From positions 1 through 17,227 of IMG/VR virus record IMGVR_UViG_2802429237_000005: a stretch of 17,227 nucleotides of DNA; one strand, written 5' to 3'. Position numbers and translations under genes: made by a program. Shown piece by piece: positions 1 through 7,892 of this stretch; positions within the stretch are counted from its first letter, which is position 1; each line of letters starts with the position of its first letter. The notes under the pieces are model-generated. The model was not told where the DNA came from and did no database searches. It was given only the letters and a program-made list of their open reading frames with translations. This stretch comes from a virus. Taxonomy: Duplodnaviria > Heunggongvirae > Uroviricota > Caudoviricetes.

Positions 1-342
1 CTACATACGACTCTGCTGCTTCTCCGTATGCACACGTTTGACTATCTTATAAATCCATTGCAGCGTCAGATTATATTTCTTCGCTAATTCGGCGTAGTTG
101 CGCCCATCGCACTCGCTATAGATTTGGTAGTCACGCTCCGATGCTCGTCCGGAGATCCCCTTAGGGAAATAAATGCTTTGCCCACCCCAGTTGCGCATCA
201 TTCGATCGGCAATGGCAAAACCCACATTTTCTGCCGATGAGCTGTCCAGATTAATGCTCTCAATCAGAACTTGCGATGCATGAAAAGCCAGGTCGTTAAT
301 GATCTCCGGTGTCCGGGCCATCTCTTTTGATTTTCGTATCAT
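1..342 (-). CDS. Mor/C-family transcriptional activator (Mu middle/late activator-like), 113 aa
   Basis: Complete minus-strand ORF with stop at 1-3 and start at 342. Size and C-terminal helix-turn-helix-like segment (GRNYAELAKKYNLTLQWIYKIVKR) fit the Mor/C activator family. GGAGA Shine-Dalgarno lies about 5 nt upstream of the ATG on the minus strand. Divergent from the lysis/tail operon. Confidence 0.7.
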   Translation of the reverse strand: MIRKSKEMARTPEIINDLAFHASQVLIESINLDSSSAENVGFAIADRMMRNWGGQSIYFPKGISGRASERDYQIYSECDGRNYAELAKKYNLTLQWIYKIVKRVHTEKQQSRM

Positions 343-565
343 TTTTCATCTCCATATATCTTGCATCCTGTATAAGACCCGATGCGTGTAAAACCACGGA
401 TATACGCTAAACAGTTGTTATTACTGTTACTCAATACATTCAACAAACAAATAAACAATTATCAGAAGTATAAAACTTTAATATCAATGAACTTCATAAA
501 TTCACAAAATAAATATATTGCTTGCGTTATGTTTCTTGCCAACAGGAGTACCATTTTACACGATG

Positions 566-581
566 CTGTATGTGTATACAG
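566..581. promoter_or_regulatory. LexA (SOS) box CTGTATGTGTATACAG in the divergent control region
   Basis: Read directly: tgCTGT-ATGTGTAT-ACAGta, a perfect CTGT-N8-ACAG palindrome with AT-rich centre and flanking T..A, matching the E. coli LexA consensus taCTGTatatatatACAGta. A TAAAAT -10-like hexamer on the minus strand (553-558) sits just downstream in the direction of the activator gene. Confidence 0.55.
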
Positions 582-879
582 TATTATTTTTACCTGTAGT
601 GTAAAAATAACGTTCTCCTCACAGTCGCTAAATTTCTTAAACAAACTTTAAAAATCAAATAACTATCGACTACCTCTACGATCCACCATCATCTTTCCCC
701 TGCATAATGACGCGCTTATTCTCCAGGTCAACTTTTACTCTTTTATTGATGGGGGGATTTATTAGCGGGCATGTTCATTTATAGAGAATCTATTTTTTAA
801 AGTTATTTATTAAAGCCTTTTTCATTCTTCACTGGAGGGTTCTGACGACACTAAACGCTCACTTATGAGGAGATATCGT

Positions 880-1167
880 ATGAAAAAAATCACATTTCCC
901 CGGCTTTCCGGTTGGCTGGCTGCAGCCATTGCTCTGATTGCATTGATCGGCTGGACCTCTTCAGCACAAATCCCGGTCGTCATTTATAAACTAAGCCTGG
1001 TTTCGCTTTCCGCAGTACTGGGATACTGGCTCGATCGCAGTTTGTTCCCCTGGGCACGACCTGACTCTTTTTCCCCCTGGAAGGAGCCGCGTTGCTGCGC
1101 GGCGGCAATGATTCGTCGGGCTATCATCGTTGCTGCCGTCTGCCTTTCCGTCGCGTTAGGGCTATAG
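880..1167 (+). CDS. holin-like small membrane protein with three predicted transmembrane segments
   Basis: ORF track 865-1167; the second in-frame ATG at 880 is preferred because GAGGA (867-871) lies 8 nt upstream. Three hydrophobic stretches (WLAAAIALIALIGW, LSLVSLSAVLGYWL, AIIVAAVCLSVALGL). Position immediately upstream of the endolysin. Function inferred from topology and context only. Confidence 0.55.
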   Translation: MKKITFPRLSGWLAAAIALIALIGWTSSAQIPVVIYKLSLVSLSAVLGYWLDRSLFPWARPDSFSPWKEPRCCAAAMIRRAIIVAAVCLSVALGL

Positions 1168-1169
1168 TG

Positions 1170-1775
1170 ATGTGGCTGAAATATATCGTGTCTATGATTA
1201 TTTTCGTTCTTTTCCCGCTTAACGCCTCTGAACCGCCGCGAGCCTCTCTGGCATGGCGAAACGAACTAATTCGTACCGCTCGAGAAGTCTGGGGACTGAA
1301 CGCCCCAGTGGCTGACTTTGCCGGGCAATTACATCAGGAGTCTGCCTGGCTGCCAATGGCACGTTCCCCTGTTGGCGCGCAGGGTATGGCGCAATTTATG
1401 CCTGCTACAGCGACATGGATAAGCCAGTTGTATCCACAACTGCGTGAAAACAAACCGTATAACCCAACCTGGGCAATTCGCGCGCTGGTGCAATATGACC
1501 AGCATTTGTGGAAAAACATCTCTGCGAAAAATGATTGTCAGCGTATGGCATTTACCCTAAGCGCCTATAACGGCGGTCAGGGATGGGTTAACCGGGATAA
1601 AAAACTGGCTGCATCCAAAGGGTTAGATGCCACTATCTGGTTTGGTCATGTCGAGCAAGTCAACGCCGGGCGCAGCCCCTCGAACTGGCGAGAAAATCGT
1701 CGCTACCCAAAGATGATTCTCTATCAACACGCCGCCCGCTATTTACTCTGGGGACAGGCAAGCTGTCTTCACTAA
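1170..1775 (+). CDS. endolysin, soluble lytic transglycosylase (SLT) domain with N-terminal signal/SAR sequence
   Basis: In-frame ATG at 1170 directly after the holin stop (TAG 1165-1167); the track start at 1092 would overlap the holin. N-terminus MWLKYIVSMIIFVLFPLNA is a hydrophobic signal or signal-anchor. Catalytic-region motifs typical of SLT domains: LHQESAW and AQGMAQFMPATA, plus AYNGG. Confidence 0.75.
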   Translation: MWLKYIVSMIIFVLFPLNASEPPRASLAWRNELIRTAREVWGLNAPVADFAGQLHQESAWLPMARSPVGAQGMAQFMPATATWISQLYPQLRENKPYNPTWAIRALVQYDQHLWKNISAKNDCQRMAFTLSAYNGGQGWVNRDKKLAASKGLDATIWFGHVEQVNAGRSPSNWRENRRYPKMILYQHAARYLLWGQASCLH

Positions 1776-1787
1776 TCAGAGGGGCCG

Positions 1788-2141
1788 ATGAAACTCAGTA
1801 TCGATTTTTGGGAAGTGATCTCCCTTATGCTTTCCTTCGTTGGATTAATATTTGCTGCCGGAAAATTGCTGTTAGCACAAATTGAAAAACGACTTAATGA
1901 ACGTTTTGAGTCTCTGGAAAATGCCCGCAGGGAATCAGAAACAAGTTGGTCGAAACTGGAAAGAGAATTTCTCGAATTTCGTGCCGAGCTTCCGCTGCAT
2001 TATGTCCGCAGAGAAGATTATCTTCGTGGGCAAGCTGTATTAGAAGCAAAGCTGGATGCCTTATATAGCAAAATCGAGCTGTTACAACGTGGCAGCTATA
2101 CTCTAAATAATTCGAGTTGCAGGAAGGCGGCAAGCGAATGA
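1788..2141 (+). CDS. membrane-anchored coiled-coil protein, possible i-spanin-like lysis accessory protein
   Basis: N-terminal transmembrane helix (VISLMLSFVGLIFAAGKLLL) followed by a charged heptad-like helical region. GAGGGG Shine-Dalgarno before the ATG. Sits in the lysis cassette. No embedded lipoprotein (o-spanin) ORF was found by manual frame reading. Confidence 0.45.
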   Translation: MKLSIDFWEVISLMLSFVGLIFAAGKLLLAQIEKRLNERFESLENARRESETSWSKLEREFLEFRAELPLHYVRREDYLRGQAVLEAKLDALYSKIELLQRGSYTLNNSSCRKAASE

Positions 2142-2231
2142 ATCTCCAGGAGCTTACATAAGTAAGTGACTGGGGTGAGCTAACGCAGACGCAGCACATG
2201 CAACTTGAAGTATGACGAGTATATTAAATAC

Positions 2232-2265
2232 ATCCCCACCTTTAGGTAAGCGTGGGGATTTTTAT
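2232..2265 (+). terminator. rho-independent terminator after the lysis cassette
   Basis: Inverted repeat ATCCCCAC (2232-2239) / GTGGGGAT (2252-2259) with a 12-nt loop, followed by TTTTTA (2260-2265). Confidence 0.6.
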
Positions 2266-2272
2266 AGTCATT

Positions 2273-2310
2273 CAATTTTTTCTCTAAATCACATTAAAAG
2301 ATTCTTCACC
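2273..2310 (+). promoter_or_regulatory. candidate activator-dependent promoter motif upstream of the tail-core genes
   Basis: CAAT-N7-CTAAATC-N4-TAAAAG block (2273-2300) repeated with identical spacing at 10832-10859, followed by ATTCTTCAC (2301-2309), which recurs at 824-832 upstream of the holin. Confidence 0.3.
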
Positions 2311-2372
2311 TTCACTGCTTCAGAATACATTTCAACGATAACGAAGTGAGCGGTAATTAAGGTACACCTCAT

Positions 2373-2828
2373 ATGAAAACTTTATCTGTAATGAATTATG
2401 TCGTGGTTAAATTACGTATTCGGCATCCTGAAATGGACATATTTATTTCATCTACGGACGCCCAAAAATATATTCCACAGACACAGCAAATTGCGGTGAT
2501 TATTAATTATAGCGGTTCTGTCTTTACCACGCCCGAAAGCAGTGATGCCATTGTGCAACAGCAAATACTCCGCTTAACCGCCACCGTTATTGTTGGCAAA
2601 AATTGTGACGCGTTAAACGCACTGGATCGCATACGCAGCACATTGGGTGGCCTTCAGCTTCCTGATTGCGATCGTCTTCTTTGGCTTGAAAAAGAAACTA
2701 ATACGGGTGAGAGCGGCGGTTTCTGCCGCTACATCCTGGAAATGGCGACCAGCTCGCTGTTTATCGCTGAACAGGAAAGCACGGATCTTCCCCTGCTTAC
2801 GGAAGTTAATTACGAGGAAACTGAATGA
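2373..2828 (+). CDS. hypothetical protein, 151 aa; placement suggests a tail completion/terminator-type protein
   Basis: Intact ORF, first gene after the terminator/promoter region, stop overlaps the next start (ATGA at 2825-2828). No motif I can assign with certainty; role inferred from its position before the sheath gene. Confidence 0.45.
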   Translation: MKTLSVMNYVVVKLRIRHPEMDIFISSTDAQKYIPQTQQIAVIINYSGSVFTTPESSDAIVQQQILRLTATVIVGKNCDALNALDRIRSTLGGLQLPDCDRLLWLEKETNTGESGGFCRYILEMATSSLFIAEQESTDLPLLTEVNYEETE

Positions 2829-3022
2829 AATACATCTACAACGGCCCGGCAAGCGGCGTCACCCTTGCCGACGGACAAGAAATCTTATTGTGGCCGAACA
2901 GTGAAATTGATCTGCCAGAAGACAACGAGTGGGTCATGACCATGATTGCCCGCAATCACCTGACTCCTGTCATCACTCAGGAAGAACAAAACAACGCAGA
3001 GGAAATTGTACATGGCAGCTAA
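2825..3022 (+). CDS. small conserved hypothetical protein, 65 aa, immediately upstream of the sheath gene
   Basis: Translationally coupled to flanking genes (ATGA overlap upstream, short overlap with the sheath start). Small acidic proteins in this position are common in Mu-like and P2-like tail clusters. Assignment by context. Confidence 0.45.
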   Translation: MKYIYNGPASGVTLADGQEILLWPNSEIDLPEDNEWVMTMIARNHLTPVITQEEQNNAEEIVHGS

Positions 3023-4436
3023 TTACCTGCACGGTGTAGAAACCATTGAAATTGAAACCGGCCCGCGTCCGGTTAAAGCGGTAAAATCCGCCGTCATCGC
3101 TTTAATCGGTACGGCCCCCTGTGGTCCGGTAAACAAACCAACATTATGCCTTTCTGAAAGCGATGCCGCGCAGTTTGGCGCAGGCATGGCTAACTTTACG
3201 ATCCCGCAAGCGCTGAAGGCAATTTATGACCACGGCGCCGGTACGGTGGTGGTGATTAACGTACTAGATCCGGCAAAACATGGCTCCAGCATCAGCAATG
3301 AGAGTATCACTTTTGATGCTAACAACCAGGCGAGACTCGCTCACCGCAATGTGCGTAACGTGGTACTAAAGCCCTCTTCATCAAATTCAACAACCTATAA
3401 CACCGCAGCATTTAGCGTAGATGAACAAACAGGCATAATTACCCGAAAAGGAGCCGACATTCCTCCTGGGGCAAAAGTTTGCGCCTATTATTCCTGGTGC
3501 GATCCTACAAAGGTTACCGCAGCCGATATTATCGGTGCCGTTAATACCGCAGGCGATCGCACGGGGATGAAACTGCTACAGGACACTTATAACCTGTATG
3601 GTTTCTACGCCAAAATCCTGCTTGCTCCCGTTTTCTGTACGCAAAAATCGGTGACTACTGAGCTAATTGCACAAGCGGAAAAACTCGGTGCTATCGCCTA
3701 CATTGACGCCCCAATCGGTACTACATTCCAGCAGGTGTTAGCTGGACGCGGTTCGCAAGGCGCAATCAACTTCAACACCAGCTCTGACCGTGCGCGTTTG
3801 TGCTATCCGCACGTCAAAGTTTATGACGGCGCAACCAACCAGGAAATTCTCGAACCGCTCTCTTCGCGCGCTGCCGGGCTGCGTGCCAAACTGGACGTGG
3901 AGAAAGGTTTCTGGTGGAGCAACTCAAACCAGGAAATTCAGGGTATTACCGGTATCGAACGTTCACTTTCCGCGATGATCGATGACCCGCAAAGTGAAGT
4001 GAATCAGCTCAACGAAAACGGCATTACCACTATTTTCAATAGTTACGGCTCTGGTCTGCGTTTATGGGGCAACCGCACTGCAGCATGGCCGACCGTGACC
4101 CATATGCGTAACTTTGAGAACGTTCGCCGCACGGGTGATGTGATTAACGAGTCGATCCGCTATTTCAGCCAACAGTATATTGATATGCCTATTAATCAGG
4201 CACTTATTGACGCGCTAACCGAATCGGTAAATACCTGGGGCCGAAAACTGATTGCCGACGGCGCACTGCTTGGCTTTGAGTGCTGGTACGATCCGGCGAG
4301 AAATTCACCGACTGAACTCAGCGCCGGGCATTTATTGCTGAGCTATAAATTCACCCCGCCGCCGCCGCTGGAACGTCTGACGTTTGAAACTGAAATTACT
4401 TCTGAATACTTAGTCTCTCTGGAGAGCAATAGCTAA
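3012..4436 (+). CDS. contractile tail sheath protein (P2 FI / Mu L-like)
   Basis: N-terminus MAANYLHGVETIEIETGPRPV and C-terminus CWYDPARNSPTELSAGHLLLSYKFTPPPPLERLTFETEI resemble recalled P2 FI sheath termini (xYHHGVQVLEI... and ...YIDYDYTPVPPLENLT...). ATG at 3012 preferred over the track's TTG at 3006; GAGGA lies upstream. Length of about 474 aa is typical. Confidence 0.9.
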   Translation: MAANYLHGVETIEIETGPRPVKAVKSAVIALIGTAPCGPVNKPTLCLSESDAAQFGAGMANFTIPQALKAIYDHGAGTVVVINVLDPAKHGSSISNESITFDANNQARLAHRNVRNVVLKPSSSNSTTYNTAAFSVDEQTGIITRKGADIPPGAKVCAYYSWCDPTKVTAADIIGAVNTAGDRTGMKLLQDTYNLYGFYAKILLAPVFCTQKSVTTELIAQAEKLGAIAYIDAPIGTTFQQVLAGRGSQGAINFNTSSDRARLCYPHVKVYDGATNQEILEPLSSRAAGLRAKLDVEKGFWWSNSNQEIQGITGIERSLSAMIDDPQSEVNQLNENGITTIFNSYGSGLRLWGNRTAAWPTVTHMRNFENVRRTGDVINESIRYFSQQYIDMPINQALIDALTESVNTWGRKLIADGALLGFECWYDPARNSPTELSAGHLLLSYKFTPPPPLERLTFETEITSEYLVSLESNS

Positions 4437-4960
4437 TGGCTGGAAAAATTCAAATTAATCGTATTACCAATGCCAATATTTATCTCGATGGTAATAACCT
4501 TTTAGGTCGTGCAACCGAAATTAAATTGCCGGATGTCAGTTTAATTATGCAAGAGCATAAGGCACTGGGCATGGTGGGTAAAATCGAACTCCCGGCTGGT
4601 TTCGATAAACTGGAGGGGGAAATTAAATGGAACTCCTTTTATCATGACGTCATGCGTAAAACGGCAAATCCGTGGCAGGCGGTAGCATTACAGTGCCGCT
4701 CCAGCATTGATTGCTATAACTCCCAGGGGAAAGCGAATCAATTAGCATTAGTGACACATTTAACCGTGATGTTTAAAAAGAATCCACTGGGCACATTTAA
4801 ACAGAATGAAAACCCGGAATTCAGCAGCGCCTTTGGCTGCACTTATATTAAACAAGTAGTCGATGGCGAAACACTGCTGGAACTGGATTACCTGGCGAAT
4901 ATTTTCCGCGTTAACGGCGTGGATCAATTAAGTACCTATCGCAATAACATCGGTGGTTAA
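4436..4960 (+). CDS. tail tube protein (P2 FII-like)
   Basis: ATG overlaps the sheath stop (TAATG). C-terminal motif VNGVDQLSTYRNNIGG matches the conserved end of P2-type tube proteins (recalled VNGVDRLEQHRRNIGL). Size 174 aa. Confidence 0.9.
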   Translation: MAGKIQINRITNANIYLDGNNLLGRATEIKLPDVSLIMQEHKALGMVGKIELPAGFDKLEGEIKWNSFYHDVMRKTANPWQAVALQCRSSIDCYNSQGKANQLALVTHLTVMFKKNPLGTFKQNENPEFSSAFGCTYIKQVVDGETLLELDYLANIFRVNGVDQLSTYRNNIGG

Positions 4961-4964
4961 GTTA

Positions 4965-4984
4965 TTCGGGGCTACCGCCCCGAA
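4965..4984 (+). other. GC-rich stem-loop after the tube gene (mRNA stabiliser or attenuator candidate)
   Basis: Perfect inverted repeat TTCGGGGC (4965-4972) / GCCCCGAA (4977-4984) with loop TACC. No downstream U-tract, so not a classical terminator. Confidence 0.4.
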
Positions 4985-5010
4985 CTTCGCAAAATAAATA
5001 AGGATACAAA

Positions 5011-5328
5011 ATGACAGAACACTATATCTTACAGTTTCCGTTTACTTCAGCGGCGGGAGACGTAATTAACACTCTGCAATTACGTCGCCTGAAAGTAAAA
5101 GATATGCGCAACGCACGCCGAATCAGCGAAAAGCCAGAAGAATGGGATGAACCGCTGATGGCGGCGATGACCGGACTGGTGCCGGAAGATTTAGCTGAAA
5201 TGGATTTGCTGGATTACCAGGCGTTGCAGAAACGATTTCAATCCATGCTTAGCGTGGCTACAGAATCCTCCCTTGCTATGGCAGGCAATGGCGCTACTGG
5301 CGAGATGGTTTCGCTTTCCGCCCAGTGA
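5011..5328 (+). CDS. tail assembly chaperone (P2 gpE-like position)
   Basis: 105-aa acidic ORF between tube and tape-measure genes, AAGGAT Shine-Dalgarno at 5000-5005. Followed by a 188-nt gap in which the +1 frame stays open to 5416, the expected arrangement for a frameshift-extended chaperone. Confidence 0.75.
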   Translation: MTEHYILQFPFTSAAGDVINTLQLRRLKVKDMRNARRISEKPEEWDEPLMAAMTGLVPEDLAEMDLLDYQALQKRFQSMLSVATESSLAMAGNGATGEMVSLSAQ

Positions 5329-5402
5329 GATCGACGCGCTCACAATAGATGACTTTAGCAACTGGCTGGATGAAGCCAGCGCTCAAATAAAGATCGAATA
5401 TG

Positions 5403-5433
5403 ACTCGCAGACCTGATGTCTGCGAGTTCTTTA
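5403..5433 (+). terminator. hairpin with T-rich tail between chaperone and tape-measure genes (attenuator/terminator candidate)
   Basis: ACTCGCAGAC (5403-5412) / GTCTGCGAGT (5418-5427) form a 10-bp perfect stem with loop CTGAT, followed by TCTTTA. The stop codon of the +1-frame extension (TGA 5414-5416) lies in the loop. Confidence 0.4.
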
Positions 5434-5516
5434 AAGCCCGCCAGGTTTATTTCTTCCCTGCCCATTTTTCAGAAAACTAACCAGCGGGCCATCACCAATC
5501 TATAAGAGAAACAATT

Positions 5517-7892
5517 TTGGCCAACGATATTATTACCCTGCTTCAGACGCGTAATGAGACGTTGACGCAGGCAATAGCCCGTTACGGCTCACTCAACGCC
5601 AGAACATTGTTAGCTCTCTCTTCTCAGCAAGCGACAGTAATCAAACTAACGCAGCAACTTGCCGATTCTGCTCTCCGCCTGGAGGAAAATAGCCGGAACC
5701 GCGCTGATCTGATGGAGAAAACCCAAACATTTGCCGGGCAATTTAACAAGGTATTCAATGTTGAAGCCCCTGACTGGAAGTTGCCGTATGAGTTTCAGGA
5801 CAACATGGTCAATATAGCGACCAAAGGTGGGATGAATGATACAACCAGCGTGACGCTCAGCCTTAACCTGCGCGACTGGAGCATGGATTTTAACCAGCAG
5901 CAGACCACATTACAGAACGCAGCCCAAACGCTGATCGAAGGCAATTTGTCGTCGTTGCAGGATCTCAACCGTTATATGCCGGAGATCGCCAAAGCTGCCA
6001 CCGCCACACGCGAAAGTGCTGAAACATGGGCGAATGCCGCGCTCACAACTCATGATCGCCTGAATATTGCGCCAGAAAATTTCCACGCCGCGCAAAACAT
6101 GATGTACGACATTAGCAAAAGCGGTGGGCCTGCCGTTGCCGAGCAAACGCAGTGGATAGACAAATTTGCAGGTAAAACGGGTGCGCAAGGTTTAGAAGGT
6201 ATGGCTGAACTGACCGCCACAATGCAGATCGCCATGAAAAACGGTGCCAGCGCCAGTGCGGCGGCGGAGAATTTCGACCACTTTCTGCAAACCACCTTTT
6301 CGAAAAAAACCGATAACTGGTTCGCCAGCCAGGGCGTCGATCTGCAAGGCTCTCTGCTTGAACATCAGCAAAACGGCATGGGTGTTAGCGAAGCCATGAC
6401 TCATATCGTGCAAATGCAGCTTGAGAAGATGAATCCGGCGATCCTCGGCACCTTCAAACGCACCATGCAGATTGAGGATTTATCTGCTCGCGGCAATGCA
6501 CTGCAATCGATGGTGACGCAATTTAATCTGGGTGAAATGTTCGGCGATGCACAAACTGTGGAATTCCTGGCTCCTATGTTGGCGAATATGGAAGAGTATC
6601 GCCAGTTAAAAACTTCCGCCATGCAAGCCAGCAGCAAGAATCTGATTGACTCCGACTTTTCTGCGCAGATGGCCTCGCCTATTGAACAGACTAAAGCGTT
6701 ACAGCTGGCGTTAAATGATTTATGGCTCAGCATTGGCTTGCAATTAATGCCGCTGATTGGCGAGCTGGCGCAAAGCCTTACGCCAGTGATTCGCCAGTTC
6801 AGCGCCTGGATACGTGAACACCCGGCGCTGGTGCAAAACATTGCGAAAATCGTCGGGGCGATTTGGCTGTTTAACGGCGCACTGAATGTTTTAAAGCTGG
6901 GCGCGAACTTCATCGCCTCGCCGTTTATTCGTCTGGTCGATATCTTCCTGAAAGTCAGGGCAAGTCTGGCGCTCACAGGCGCAGCGAGTAAGGTACTATC
7001 GGCGGTTAAGTCATTGGGTGGCGGCGCAAAATGGCTATCGCTACTGCTTGGTCGTGGCCTAATCGGAGCATTGAAACTGGTTGGTTTAACCGTTCTCTCG
7101 CTAGGCCGGGTGTTATTGATGAATCCCATTGGTCTGGTCATCACTGCGATTGCGGGCGCCGCTTATCTGATTTATCGCAACTGGGAGCCTATCTCAAGGT
7201 TCTTTTCGACCATCTGGCAACGTATCACCACGGCCTTTGACGGTGGCATTGCAGGAATTTGCCGGTTGATTCTCGACTGGTCGCCGCTGGAGTTGTTCTA
7301 TAGCGCCTTTTCCAGTGTGATGAATTGGTTTGGCGTTGAGATGCCAGCGAGTTTTAGCGAGTTCGGCAGCAATCTTCTGGGCAGTCTGGTTGACGGCATA
7401 ATGAATGCCTTCCCCGCTCTGAAAGGCATTATTGATCAGGTCAAAAACGTCTTACCGGACTGGCTAAAAACCACGATGGGTATTAGCACAGAAGGATCGG
7501 CTACGGCTGTTACAAGCACGACGAATACCGCATCCGTCTCCCCCGCAACCGTTGTTCCAGGCGTTGCCGGTGCAATTTTAACACCTCTGGTGGGCAAACA
7601 ACTCGCGCCCCCCAGCAAAACGACAACGCCGCCATCGGCACCAGCGGCAAAAAATACAGCCACCAACCCCGCATCGGCTTCTTTACCTGGTAAATCCGTA
7701 ACCAAACCGGCGACGCTACCTTCCCGTTCCTCAGGAAAAGTTCAGGTGAATTTTTCGCCACAAATTACCGTGCAGGGTAACGGACAAAACACCACTAAAG
7801 ACATTCAGAACGTGTTGACGATGAGTAAACGCGAACTGGAAAGAATGATTAACGACGTAATGGCGCAACAACAGCGCCGGGGGTATGCCTGA
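5517..7892 (+). CDS. tail tape measure protein
   Basis: 791-aa ORF directly after the chaperone, the longest gene in the cluster. Internal hydrophobic segment (LIGALKLVGLTVLSLGRVLLMNPIGLVITAIAGAAYLIY) and Thr/Pro/Ala/Ser-rich C-terminal region. TTG start at 5517 is the first start codon after an in-frame stop at 5478-5480; the start is uncertain. Confidence 0.85.
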   Translation: MANDIITLLQTRNETLTQAIARYGSLNARTLLALSSQQATVIKLTQQLADSALRLEENSRNRADLMEKTQTFAGQFNKVFNVEAPDWKLPYEFQDNMVNIATKGGMNDTTSVTLSLNLRDWSMDFNQQQTTLQNAAQTLIEGNLSSLQDLNRYMPEIAKAATATRESAETWANAALTTHDRLNIAPENFHAAQNMMYDISKSGGPAVAEQTQWIDKFAGKTGAQGLEGMAELTATMQIAMKNGASASAAAENFDHFLQTTFSKKTDNWFASQGVDLQGSLLEHQQNGMGVSEAMTHIVQMQLEKMNPAILGTFKRTMQIEDLSARGNALQSMVTQFNLGEMFGDAQTVEFLAPMLANMEEYRQLKTSAMQASSKNLIDSDFSAQMASPIEQTKALQLALNDLWLSIGLQLMPLIGELAQSLTPVIRQFSAWIREHPALVQNIAKIVGAIWLFNGALNVLKLGANFIASPFIRLVDIFLKVRASLALTGAASKVLSAVKSLGGGAKWLSLLLGRGLIGALKLVGLTVLSLGRVLLMNPIGLVITAIAGAAYLIYRNWEPISRFFSTIWQRITTAFDGGIAGICRLILDWSPLELFYSAFSSVMNWFGVEMPASFSEFGSNLLGSLVDGIMNAFPALKGIIDQVKNVLPDWLKTTMGISTEGSATAVTSTTNTASVSPATVVPGVAGAILTPLVGKQLAPPSKTTTPPSAPAAKNTATNPASASLPGKSVTKPATLPSRSSGKVQVNFSPQITVQGNGQNTTKDIQNVLTMSKRELERMINDVMAQQQRRGYA

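Noticed and set aside
382-651. Plus-strand 89-aa ORF, and overlapping minus-strand 60-aa ORF (462-644), in the AT-rich control region
   Set aside because: Low-complexity, AT-driven reading frames with no ribosome-binding site; they overlap the LexA box and promoter region. Far more likely non-coding regulatory DNA.
1092-1169. Upstream extension of the endolysin ORF as given in the ORF track
   Set aside because: It overlaps the holin gene in another frame and encodes an Arg/Cys-rich non-protein-like peptide. The in-frame ATG at 1170 directly after the holin stop yields a clean signal sequence.
5195-5330. Canonical -1 programmed frameshift site (XXXYYYZ heptamer, or TTTTTTG as in P2 E/E') in the chaperone gene
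   Set aside because: No such heptamer is present in the 3' part of the gene, and the -1 frame closes about 20 nt after the stop. Only the +1-frame alternative is reported, as a hypothesis.
6401-7144. 247-aa minus-strand ORF, with other minus-strand ORFs at 5910-6413, 7436-7761, 10361-10732 and 13492-13944
   Set aside because: All lie antisense inside strongly supported plus-strand structural genes (tape measure, spike, fiber repeats) and have Arg/Pro/Cys-rich compositions typical of shadow frames.
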